Source: Macrostomum lignano (lineage: Eukaryota). Taken from it: a stretch of 64,000 nt of DNA. Shown piece after piece: positions 27,539-38,465 of this stretch. The DNA lies in contig NIVC01000043.1 in assembly GCA_002269645.1 (NCBI GenBank), forward strand, positions 1 through 64,000, read 5' to 3'. Position 1 is the stretch's first letter, and the number at the start of each line of letters is the position of its first letter. The notes beneath the pieces were generated by a model. That model did not search any database. It was given only the letters and a program-made list of their open reading frames with translations, and had not been told where the DNA came from. The position numbers and the translations under genes were made by a program.

Positions 27539-28033
27539 ACAGAGTGAAACAGAGTGAAACAGAGTGAAACAGAGTGAAACAGAGTGAAACAGAGTGAAAC
27601 AGAGTGAAACAGAGTGAAACAGAGTGAAACAGAGTGAAACAGAGTGAAACAGAGTGAAACAGAGTGAAACAGAGTGAAACAGAGTGAAACAGAGTGAAAC
27701 AGAGTGAAACAGAGTGAAACAGAGTGAAACAGAGTGAAACAGAGTGAAACAGAGTGAAACAGAGTGAAACAGAGTGAAACAGAGTGAAACAGAGTGAAAC
27801 AGAGTGAAACAGAGTGAAACAGAGTGAAACAGAGTGAAACAGAGTGAAACAGAGTGAAACAGAGTGAAACAGAGTGAAACAGAGTGAAACAGAGTGAAAC
27901 AGAGTGAAACAGAGTGAAACAGAGTGAAACAGAGTGAAACAGAGTGAAACAGAGTGAAACAGAGTGAAACAGAGTGAAACAGAGTGAAACAGAGTGAAAC
28001 AGAGTGAAACAGAGTGAAACAGAGTGAAACAGA
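27539..28033. repeat. (ACAGAGTGAA)n 10-bp minisatellite, about 49 perfect copies
   Basis: Direct inspection; lies about 330 bp upstream of the neuropeptide ATG. Confidence 0.99.
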
Positions 28034-28367
28034 GGCAGACAGATACAGACACAGCAGGAGAGAAGCAGTCCAGAAAAAGGCACGGAGGGAGTGGCAAAAG
28101 AATTGAAGCGAAGGTCTGCGTGGGCAGCCAGTGAGCAGTGAGATGTGGGAACTGGCTGAGCGAGCTATTATAGGACCAACTCCCTGGCGCAGGAGCAGGA
28201 TCTCACAATTCCCAGTCTGCGACTCCACTTGGCACCTCGTGCAGCCACAAACAGCAGCAATTTCTTTTAAAGAAGTTTATTCTCTCCACAATTTAATTTA
28301 ATTTAAGCAACTTTCAAGTCTGGGCTGCTTAGTTTAAAAAAAGTGACTTTCTGCCGTTGCTTCCGAA

Positions 28368-31109
28368 ATGCTGCTTCATCTGCGGCCTCAAGTGCTATTG
28401 CTGCTGACTCTGGCTTTGACTGCCACTAGCTGTAAGTATCGCTCATCTGGTCATATTGTGATGCCATGTTCTGCTCATCTGGTCATTTAATAGTCTACTC
28501 ATCTAGTAATGTAATGGCTATTTATCTAGTCATGTAATGGTCTGCTCATCTAGTCATGTAATGGTCTGCTCATCTAGTCATGTAATTGTCTGCTCATCTA
28601 TTCATGTAATTGTCTGCTCATCTAGTCATGTAATGGTCTACTCATCTAGTCATGTAATGGTCTACTCATCTAGTCATGTAATGGTCTACTCATCTAGTCA
28701 TGTAATGGTCTGCTCATCTAGTCATGTAATGGTCTACTCATCTAGTCATGTAATGGTCTACTCATCTAGTCATGTAATGGTCTACTCATCTAGTCATGTA
28801 ATGGTCTGCTCATCTAGTCATGTAATGGTCTGCTCATCTAGTCATGTAATGGTCTGCTCATCTAGTCATGTAATGGTCTGCTCATCTAGTCATGTAATGG
28901 GCTATTTATCCAGTCATTTAATGCTTTGTTTACCCGCTTGTATCAGCAGCGCAATATTAGGCTTACTAAAGTATAATTCCTTTCCTAATTCATCTAAGCA
29001 TGCCATCATCAGACAGTCTACTTATCTGTTCATCCATTATCTCCCAACAAAATAAGATTTCGTTGCAGTTTTGGCTGGGCTAAATTGCACACGATCATAA
29101 TTGATGCATCCACTCGATCCTATTGACAACTTCTTTAGATTGTTTTAATTGATGGCCCCTCAATCGCCAGCTTGTTAATAAATTTTCTACTCCCCAGTCA
29201 AACAGAAAATAACTTCCTCAGCGATTGCAGCGAGAAACCGAATCGGGACAGCTGTAGCGTGCCAGCCAGTCCCCCAGCAGCTCGTTAAAGAACTCACTAA
29301 AAGACATGATAAAATCTCTTAAGTGAGACAAATACATTCTTTACAACGTTGGCCTGCCCTAGCTGTCAGACTATGAATTATGAAGAGTACAAGAAAGGCT
29401 CTTCTCAGGCAGACTTGTTCGCCCGCACAGTTGATAATCTGATTTGTCTGTCTCTCTGTTTAGAATGCTATTGACGATCGTCCACGATGCCATCCTGAAC
29501 TCCATCTTTCTACTTCCATTTCGCACCTTCTCTGCCATTTAGAAACAATTTTTAACACATTTTCAAGCAAAGATTGAATAGTGCTTTCTCAAAATTTTGT
29601 TGCTGCGGAATGCGTCAGAGTTTCAATGAGGAAGAGGAAGAGGATGAGGCGGCTGAGTAGTATCAAAATTTGCTCACGATCGAGTCCTAGTAGCGGTATT
29701 TGATACAATAAGTTTCATTGCTACATCGTCTTCAAAAAGACACTGTGTGCTGCAGTAAACACTGCATACTGATGTCCCTTCAGAAATTCTCTACGCCATA
29801 GAAATTAGTTCAAGCTCGGTTTTTCTATGATAATACAATGGATAAATAATCAGCGGTCCCAGTGCGTGACAACGATTGTCTGGCGAGCGCCGGTAGGTTT
29901 TCTAGGCGCGAGCCATAGACAAATCGTTGTCACGTGCTGCGACCGCTGATTCTTTGCATTGTTTTTCTGTTTGACGATCCTACAGACAATGCATTGTTTG
30001 TAGTAATGGATTGTTATGCATTAAAAATGTGAATAATGATCGTCAAATTGCTAAACAATAACTTGGATGAAGAATTGTTCTGGTGGCAGCAATAAAAAAC
30101 ATGCTGTCCGAAAATTAGCGAATATACCCAAAAATGCGGAATTCACAGCCCTTCCTTCGCTTATCCTCTTTCAGATAATGGGATCGCTTCAGCTGAGGAG
30201 AAAGCAGACGTAAGAGTGCATGTAAATTACGAAAATTACGAATGTTCAATTGACTCAAGTGACTCAACTTGTTTTTTACTGCAGGTCCATTCGTTTGGTT
30301 GGAACTCGGTTGGCAGAAATGAACCTTCGGGTGACGAACTAACGCCTGTAGATGAGGCTGATCACATTGAAGCCAAAGAGAAGAAGTGGTTGGGAAATGG
30401 AATCAGAACGAAGCGCTGGCTTGGAGACGGGATCAGAACGAAGCGCTGGCTTGGAGACGGGATCAGAACCAAACGTTGGCTCGGAGACGGGATCAGGACC
30501 AAACGTTGGCTCGGAGACGGGATCAGGACCAAACGTTGGCTCGGAGACGGGATCAGGACCAAACGTTGGCTCGGAGACGGGATCAGGACCAAACGCTGGC
30601 TCGGAGACGGGATCAGGACCAAACGCTGGCTCGGAGATAGGATCAGGACCAAACGCTGGCTCGGAGACGGGATCAGGACCAAACGCTGGCTCGGAGATAG
30701 GATCAGGACCAAACGTTGGCTCGGAGACGGGATCAGGACCAAACGCTGGCTCGGAGATGGGATCAGGACCAAACGCTGGCTCGGAGACGGGATCAGGACG
30801 AAGCGCTGGCTCGGAGACGGGATCAGGACCAAACGCTGGCTCGGAGATGGGATCAGGACCAAACGTTGGCTCGGAGACGGGATCAGGACCAAACGCTGGC
30901 TCGGAGACGGGATCAGGACCAAACGCTGGCTCGGAGATGGGATCAGGACCAAACGTTGGCTCGGAGACGGGATCAGGACCAAACGCTGGCTCGGAGATGG
31001 GATCAGGACCAAACGCTGGCTCGGAGACGGGATCAGGACGAAGCGCTGGCTCGGAGACGGGATCAGGACGAAGCGCTGGCTCGGAGACGGGATCAGGACA
31101 AAGCGCTGA
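28368..31109 (+). CDS. Prepro-neuropeptide (multi-copy WLGDGIRT precursor), join(28368..28431,30175..30209,30285..31109), 307 aa
   Basis: Exon 1 encodes a hydrophobic signal peptide MLLHLRPQVLLLLTLALTATS with donor gtaagt (phase 1). Exon 2 (ctttcag|...|gtaaga) and exon 3 (tactgcag|) join in frame. An acidic spacer precedes KK-WLGNGIRT-KR and 23 further KR-flanked peptides, ending KR-stop. Repeat variation is at third codon positions in this frame. Confidence 0.85.
28441..28920. repeat. 24-bp intronic minisatellite (ctcatctagtcatgtaatggtctg/a)
   Basis: Direct inspection; begins just after the exon 1 donor of the neuropeptide gene. Confidence 0.95.
29848..29951. other. About 104-nt foldback (MITE remnant or pre-miRNA-like hairpin) in intron 1
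   Basis: aatcagcggtcccagtgcgtgacaacgattgtctggc pairs with gccatagacaaatcgttgtcacgtgctgcgaccgctgatt; an inner gcgcc/ggcgc and tag/cta stem continues towards the loop. Confidence 0.7.
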
Positions 31110-32574
31110 TCCTGAGGAATCGGTAAGATCTTTTGCGACGCGCTATAGAGCGCAGCATTTTTTAAACTTGCTTTTTTAACAGACACTGAATAGTAAATGC
31201 GTTGCTTTGGTTCATTTCAGATGGGAGCCACTGAAGCCTGCTGATCTTCTGAAGTGATTTTGATTTCAATGCGCTCAGCAGTGCACTGTTTTGAACTTTG
31301 AATTAAGGTGTCCTTGCAAAAACTTTGACACTTACAAACGAATCCCATCTTCATTGCTGCCGCATATTATTCTATTTTCGGTTTAATAAATTCGAAAAAA
31401 ATCGGTCGAAAAGACGTCCTTCGAGCCTGCCGCAGTGCATCGGAATGCATATACTTTGGCTGCAGAGAGCCTGCTTTTTGCTTCTTTTTTTAAAAAGCTC
31501 ATATTTGCGCTCACTAGCTCATCATCAGATTATCTACTATAAGAGTTACGTCAGGCCTTGCGTGACGTCCACAAGTACTGCGTATCTTAACACAGACAAC
31601 CTACCGATGCATTATCAAATCAAAAGGTACACTTCCATAATTGCTAATAATATTAAAACTCACGGCGAAGGCTCCATTAAGACCTGAGCTGTGCTAATAT
31701 AGTAGAGGGCCGAGTGGTCTGTGGCATTAAATGTGCCGCTCGTAAACTAACAACACGTCTGTGATTTTGTCTCAAACTATCAGTCTTATCTTATCTTATC
31801 GGGACACGGTGTAGCGATGCTATTTTTAGCAGTGTCATATCGGTTTTATTACTTTCATTTGTAGTAGTGAAAATCAAAAGCGTCCATGTTGACCAAGACC
31901 GAAACATTTCTATTTACGATTAGGCGAAATAATAATAAACACTGTGCCAAAAAGTACTGTCTGCGCGTATGACACTAAATTATAATCAATAAATAAATAT
32001 CACTAATGGTACAAATTGATACAAAGAACGTTTGCTATCCAAGAAGTATCTGAATGGTAGACCTTCCCCTGGTATAAATTGGTAACTCAGCTTGCTAATG
32101 GCACTGTTCGTCAGTTCTGTGGGCCTTAGAAACTAGGGAAAAGAAAGCTACATCAGTGCACAGTTCGAATAGCAGTTCGGTGTCTGCCCACCTATTTATA
32201 AATTATGCAACCTTTTAGAGCGCAAGAAAATAGCAACGGTTGTCATGCCATCGGCACGAAGTGATCTGATGGATCAGATGTAGAATACAGACACTTTCTA
32301 TCGTTTGTACACAGTACCTTTAGATCGTTGAACGTTTTTATGCTAGATCAACGTGCACTTTTATATAAATTGATTCTATCAAGCAAAATTTGTCCTAACT
32401 GTTTTGCAAGATGAGTGAAGAACGCAAATTAATTACTACTAATGTACGCAAAAAATGGAGTTCTCTTCACTTTTTCCTACTACTAAGTAGGCAAATGTGG
32501 GAATTTGAATATATTTTAATTATTACTCAATAGGCGTGTTTAGTTTTCATGTGCTTCAACAACAACAGCAGCAG

Positions 32575-33121
32575 GAAGAGAAGGTGGTGAACTTGATCTG
32601 GGTGCCCCCGCACTGCAGCTTGGCAGGAAACGAGCGGCGAAAGAGGCGTCGACTCGGGCCCAGGACGGCATCAGAGTTCCGGCCAGCAGCAACAAGAAGT
32701 ACATCCAGAGCAAGCTGGGCAGAGACAACGGCAGAAACCACAAGAGAAGCAGGGAAACGTACGGAGAACAGGGAGTGGCGCCCCAGCCGAAGGGCCTGAG
32801 CAAGCAGGATGAGGTTGACTTCAGACGTTTCAGGAGTGGCCACTCTATGGACCCTGCAGAGTACAGGAAGCGTATTGGTAGACAAGAGGAGGGTTGGTTT
32901 ACGAGGTGAGCATGGAGGCCGAGCCGCTTGAGCATGTCATGGAATGCCCCGCCACGCGCAGCCTGAGGGAGAAGCTGGACCTGCATGAGTTACGGGACTT
33001 GAGTAGGAGGCCAGGGAACGCGGTCAAATGCTGGAAGAAGATCCATCCGGAAGGACGTCACTAGTGGCTCGGTGCTAGGCGCACTCACACACATACACAC
33101 AGCAGCAGCAGCAACAACAAC
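32575..33121 (+). mobile_element. 5'-truncated, degenerate non-LTR retrotransposon 3' end (I-group-like: RNase H, R-x-GH motif, CCHC remnant)
   Basis: VNLIWVPPHCSLAGNER (RNase H WVPxHxxxxGNE motif, 32599-32634), then a frameshift, then FRRFRSGHSMDPAEYRKRIG and LEHVMECP, stop near 33064, and a (CAG)n(CAA)n tail. Confidence 0.75.
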
Positions 33122-33420
33122 ACGTGCCGGCCACTGCCCAGACTCGGCATACTACCGAAACCGCTCTGGCATCGCGGTTGGTGGCAACTGTCGGCTCTGC
33201 AGCGTCAGCACAAGCGTCAGCAACAGCACCTCCTGCACCAGACAGTAGGACTCGGCTCGGATGATATGGCCTGCCAGCTGGAGTCGCCAACGGCTTAACA
33301 GTTCGTTGGGACGGGACAGGGCGATGCGGCAATAGAGTGCCGCATTGGTGACTTGCTCGTAGCCGATCTTGAAGGCGACGCGCAGCAGGCCAGCTTGCGT
33401 GCTTCAGTGCTTCACACACG
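33122..33420 (+). mobile_element. Second degenerate LINE 3' fragment
   Basis: RAGHCPDSAYYRNRSGIAVGGNCRLC at 33123-33200 repeats the R-x-GH...Y-R-x-R-x-G...CxxC layout of LINE C-termini. Confidence 0.55.
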
Positions 33421-34411
33421 CTGTACTCGTATTGTTAGCAGGCCTATACACAAACTCACACACGTTAGGTAGGCTTGTAAAAGTGCATGTACACACTCAG
33501 GTGCCTTGGTGGTTGGCTCGCATGAGCAAAAATCGTAATTAGCCAAAAGCGGGCGAGTCGGAACTCAAAGTCAGATGCGACGTGAGCCTTTAACCGCGAC
33601 ATGAATCGTGTAGGATACGTTACCGATGACAATAACGAAACGCAATATAAAGAACTATTTGTTAAGTCAAAAAATAAAAATGTTTCGTAGACCTTGAAAG
33701 TATTATGAAATGTCCTGGTGAGCTGAGCCATTTGTCATCTTACTCATTAGTACCCGTATAGAAGTATCAGACCGGTGCTGTCGAATAGACAATAAACTAA
33801 TAGAACGAGATATAAGTGGTGCAGAAAGGAAGAGAGGGGAAAGAAGTGAAGGGCCTAAGCCGCGGGTTGAAGTTGTATTTATACTAACAATGATGAACAG
33901 GCCAGCCAAATTGTCTGTGGTAAATGAACGGTTACGATAGTCTGTATGAAAGGCATGGTAGACAAAGGGAGACGGCTAACTGAAAAGTACAAGGTAATAG
34001 AAAGTACAAATATTTGGAGGATGGAAATCCGACAGGTGCTATCCTCCCGGTAGGCTTAGAAGCGGAGCCTAACCTCCGAGGCACAGAGTGCGTGCGTGCT
34101 AGACTATGAAGAAGAACATCATGTATCAGTATTTGTCGATTGTCCCCCAGGGATTTGCTGTCGTTTTGATATAAATCAATAGGTTTCAGGTAAAGTGGCT
34201 CGCTTGATCAAGAGTAGATAAATAAAGGTAAATGCATCGGCAACTCAAATAAATCAATAGGTTTGATTACTTCGAAAAATTCAGTAATAATCCAAGATAA
34301 ATTAATGTTCGAAGCGAACAATTATTTCCATTCTTTCTCCCCTTTGTATATTAGTCAACTGCCAGAGTAGGGGAAGCACTCTTATGGCTTATGTAGTGAT
34401 CCGCTAGTTGA

Positions 34412-35115
34412 TGTTAGGCGTCCCACTTTGTCAGCAGTCTCCCTCGCCCTCGCCCTGGGTTGCTGTCTGCCGCTGGTCAGCTTCCCGCCCCCCTTGGCCC
34501 GTCTGTTGCTGCCCTTGGCCTGTTCTGCCCTTCTGCGTCTCTGTTCTCAGCCCTCAGCTTCTCTGCTGTGGGCTGTCTCTGTTTCGTTCCCGTCCCGTTT
34601 TCCTCTGTCATGTGAGCAAGTCACATGACAGACTCTGCGTTCTTCGAGTCCTAAAGTGCAGTAAATATGTTTACTGCACTCGTTGGCCCTGTTTACCGGG
34701 AGAATCACGTGCTTTCGGACCCCTCCCTTCTCTAAGGAGAGGAGTGACTCATGTTGCTAAAAATAGCAACTGAGTCACAGCCGCGTGTACTCTGGCCGGA
34801 GACCTCAAGTGACGTCAGTTCTAAAAATAGAACGAGTCACGAGGTCTTGCGCGCACTGAGACCCTGCCTCGAGACCTCAAGTGACGTCAGTTCTAAAAAT
34901 AGAACAAGTCACGAGGTATTGTGCGTGGGTGTTTCCCGGCTATAAATAGGACCCCTCTCCCCTTGTTTCCGTCAAGGATGTGGCTTCTTATCTGCGGAGA
35001 ATTCACTAAGATCCCGTGTGCGTCAGTGTCTAACTAAGTGCCCTTTGCGTACTGAATCCTTTTGTACTGGTCTGACTGAGACCCCACTAAAGCCCAAGCC
35101 TAAGGGAGGCTAACA
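34412..35115 (+). mobile_element. Solo-LTR-like element (704 bp)
   Basis: Termini TGTTAG...CTAACA (inverted); duplicated enhancer block; TATAAATA at 34941. No matching TSD, PBS or PPT found, so the boundaries are less certain. Confidence 0.55.
34744..34948 (+). promoter_or_regulatory. LTR U3-like promoter: AP-1 sites, 72-bp-period duplicated block with CRE, TATA box
   Basis: TGACTCA and TGAGTCA near 34745 and 34771; TGACGTCA at 34810 and 34882 within a repeated block of about 47 bp; TATAAATA at 34941-34948. Confidence 0.6.
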
Positions 35116-36699
35116 CTGCCTTCCCAGCCACCCCTGAGCCCGGCGGGGATCTGCTGATCAGGATGCCTTGTTCATTAATCTGCAAATCTGCACGCTGTGC
35201 TGAGTTCGTTGACTTGTTTATTTCGTTCCGACGGGAAGCTCACCTCATCGAAGGCCGAGACCTGAAGGAACTGGTGGCAGCACTACCTACGCTACTAAGA
35301 GTTAAGAAGGCTTCTGAGTGAGAGGACGGAGCCCAAGTCACTGCGCTGTACAGCAGGACAACCACAGGTACAACATTGGTGGCAGCGGTGGGATTCAAAG
35401 ACCTACCAGGCCACCCCGAGAAAACCCAAAGTACTTCACTTAGTTGTAAAATATTTCGTGGACCATGAGTGAAGATCATGACATTACAGTACACTTCGAA
35501 TCCCCAGCAACATCCCCTTGGACTGGGCTACGATAGATGAGTACTTAGGATGACAAAGTGAAAAAGGTACAGCTTGAATAAAGTACATAATGTACGGAAG
35601 GATTTGAGAACAAATTAACTTGGTGCAGGTGTCTAGGTCTTTACGACACATCAAAGCTAGTCTTCTGAATGCTGTCCTGTGGTCACCTTTCCAAGCACCT
35701 AGCGAGCTTTCATTAGTTGTCAGTTTTTCAATCTCAATCAACTATCTGTTTTGTTCGGGTCCATCTGGATCTGTAGTTACAGTAGAAAAGTACTGCAGTT
35801 GTGTTCTGTGTGACACACTAAAAGTATGGATCGAACGTCGTGCATGGATTTCGTCAGTCAGCAATAGTCCCTTGCCGTCCTGTCCCCCCACTCTCAGTGT
35901 GTACAGACGTTGATTTTGTGCTGTTATTTCTATTCTGGCGACATTCTCCAACCTATACGCTCGTATGAGGGATTTTGCGATTCAAATCTTTATTCGACTA
36001 CTTTTTCTCAGTAGTCTAAATTGAATCTCACATTCTGTAAAAATGTTTTAATTTGGTGCGGAAACCAACTCTAAATGAAACTAGTGTCCTACTCGTATTT
36101 TAGTTATCCGTGAAGTCCATTATCTATGATTAAGACCAACCAAGACGGAAATATCGTCGTTCTCATTCGAAGTTGTGTTTATTTGAACTTTTGAATTTGT
36201 AATTTTTGGGTCAGTCCCAACAAGACACAGACTTGAAAAGTGCCTTCGTTCCTGACCTACCCATGCGTTTGCGTAGAGCTAATATAAAAATGCAAAAAAA
36301 AAACGGTTCATGTTTGCAACCACCGAAAATAAGACTCTGTAGAATTCACTCGCAAGTCTCCGCGCCTGTGATCAAGAGCAATAAACTCTGTTTGAGCAGC
36401 CCATTTCAACGCAAATAGCTCGTATATACTATGCATGGAGATCCAGCTCTGAGTGCGCGTGCTGCTGAGCATTTTCTCTGCCAAGCGGAAACTCTCAATG
36501 TTCTTCACATGGGCGGCCTTATCTGCCTCATACTGCGACTTCCTGCTGTTTTATAGAGCTTCTATTAAACTGAAGGCTTACATGCATGCTGACTTTCCCA
36601 TGATCACTACATTATACATGTAGCTGTAAGGTTTCTCATGTCCGTCTGCTCTGGTGCCTGCCTTACCTCATTGGATGTCTGTCTTCTCTCGCTTGGTGC

Positions 36700-37051
36700 C
36701 TGTCCTCTCTTGTTTGAAGTCTGTCCTCTCTCATTTGGTATCTGTCCTCTCTCATTTGGTATCCGTCCTCTCTCATTTGGTATCTGTCCTCTCTCATTTG
36801 GTATCTGTCCTCTCTCATTTGATGTCTGTCCTCTCTCATTTGGTATCTGTCCTCTCTCATTTGGTATCTGTCCTCTCTCATTTGGTATCTGTCCTCTCTC
36901 ATTTGGTATCTGTCCTCTCTCATTTGGTATCTGTCCTCTCTCATTTGGTATCTGTCCTCTCTCATTTGGTATCTGTCCTCTCTCATTTGGTATCTGTCCT
37001 CTCTCATTTGGTATCTGTCCTCTCTCATTTGGTATCTGTCCTCTCTCATTT
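36700..37051. repeat. 21-bp minisatellite (tctgtcctctctcatttggta)
   Basis: Direct inspection; source of the MREDRYQ and SFGICPL ORFs. Confidence 0.95.
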
Positions 37052-37380
37052 GATTCCTTCGTTTTATTTGATCAGTCTATAAATCATTGTACTACGCGCT
37101 CGTACTCCTCATTTTAGACATAAAGAGAATGCTCAGACTTAAACAGGAGAAAACTTTAATCAGTTGAATTTCTTCTCGTCCCAAATTATAGCCAACTGAA
37201 GTTTGGAGTGGATTGCTTGCCTGCAAACCCTCTCATTTCGGCAGTGTGTCGTCAAGCCATTGTGCCAAGCCAACGACCATTGTACTATTTTCGCAAAGAA
37301 GCGGTCGCTCAGTGAAGGTAAGACGCCTTGTTGAAAAAAATTATTAAAAAAACCTTGCGCTACTGAGGAACTTTCTCTAG

Positions 37381-37650
37381 GAGGAACTTGCCAACAAGCC
37401 ACAAGAAGCTGAGGTAACTCAGTCTGCAGAAGAGTCCAGAGGAAGAAAATTGGAATCATTTTTGGCCGCACACAACGGGCAAAAAATTCAAGCATCCGAC
37501 ATCAGTTCTCAGCTGGGGAAGGCTGACATGTTTGCATTTGCTAAAACTATTTCTCTGCCACTCACTCTCCAGCTCTCTTTGGTGGACGCTCTGTTGACAC
37601 AGCAAGGTGCAGCGGCTCGGGCGTGGGCCACCCACCGACCGCGCGGTTGA
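37381..37650 (+). CDS. Possible coding exon of an unidentified gene
   Basis: Acceptor ttctctag| followed by open frame EELANKPQEAEVTQSAEESRGRKLESFLAAHNGQK...; an upstream gtaaga donor lies at about 37319. Phase linkage not resolved and no family recognised. Confidence 0.3.
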   Translation, partial: EELANKPQEAEVTQSAEESRGRKLESFLAAHNGQKIQASDISSQLGKADMFAFAKTISLPLTLQLSLVDALLTQQGAAARAWATHRPRG

Positions 37651-37774
37651 AACCAAAATTCTTTCACTGCAACTCAGCACCCAGTCTGCGGCCACCAAAA
37701 GCATACAAGCTAAGCAGCTTATATCTTCAGCTTAAGTAGAAACTATCCTAGGTTGTTTCTTCAACTGAAGAGAC

Positions 37775-37778
<4 letters not shown>

Positions 37779-37826
<48 letters not shown>
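37779..37826. repeat. (GA)n microsatellite
   Basis: Direct inspection. Confidence 0.95.
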
Positions 37827-37829
<3 letters not shown>

Positions 37830-38269
37830 TGAGAGGCTGTAGAAATTCTAGAACTCTCTTACCATCACTCGATTCTCTGAGCTGAGCTGCTCTTCCTACG
37901 GGGGAGGATTTAGTTTCATTGTACTATTAGGCTGAGCCCTGTATCCGATGGCCAGACTGTATACTAGCGACTACCGATCTTTTGGTGTTTGGGCAGCTCA
38001 GCTAAACTTATTATCGATTTTTCCTCATTCATTCTTTATACCTCCTTCAGTCCTAACAGATGCCTGGCTTCGAAGGCAGATGAAGAAAGATTTTGCGTTT
38101 TTTGAGCCACCCTTTTTCGATCGCGAACTTTTATCTGTTGGAATACAAATAGTTATTCAGAAACTGCCGCCAATCAAAGCGACAGTTGATCCACAGGTAG
38201 TGAGGAGGCGAGCAGCCAGGCCAGTCCCGCTGATCCCTCGAGCATGTATACGGAAAGGCATGCAGACAG

Positions 38270-38465
38270 GCACTCGCTCACACGGGGTGTACAGGGGCCC
38301 TGACCTTCCTAATCGTCCAGCCAGTACACTCTCTGTGCCTTGGGAGTTGGTCCTGATGGACAAGAGATGCACTCGACACAATTAACGGCTCGTGTACAGC
38401 GGCAGACGTCGGATTGTTGCAGCAGGAATCGAATCCGGGACACTGTGGCTCTGCTCTGCCCTATA
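38270..38465 (-). mobile_element. Putative second SINE family, copy 1
   Basis: Shares gtgtacag..ccctgac, a reverse B box (gaatcgaatcc) and ctgctctgccc with 41890-42060. Confidence 0.45.

Noticed and set aside
30216-30284. ORF-track start MHVNYENY... for the neuropeptide
   Set aside because: This segment lies in a 75-nt GT-AG intron (30210-30284) and gives no signal peptide.
30352-31186. Alternative frames over the 30-bp array (ETGSGPNAGS, RRDQDQTLA, minus-strand LVLIPSPSQR)
   Set aside because: Unit variation is non-synonymous in the ETGSGPNAGS frame but synonymous in the KRWLGDGIRT frame, which alone has a splice-linked signal peptide and a KR-stop ending.
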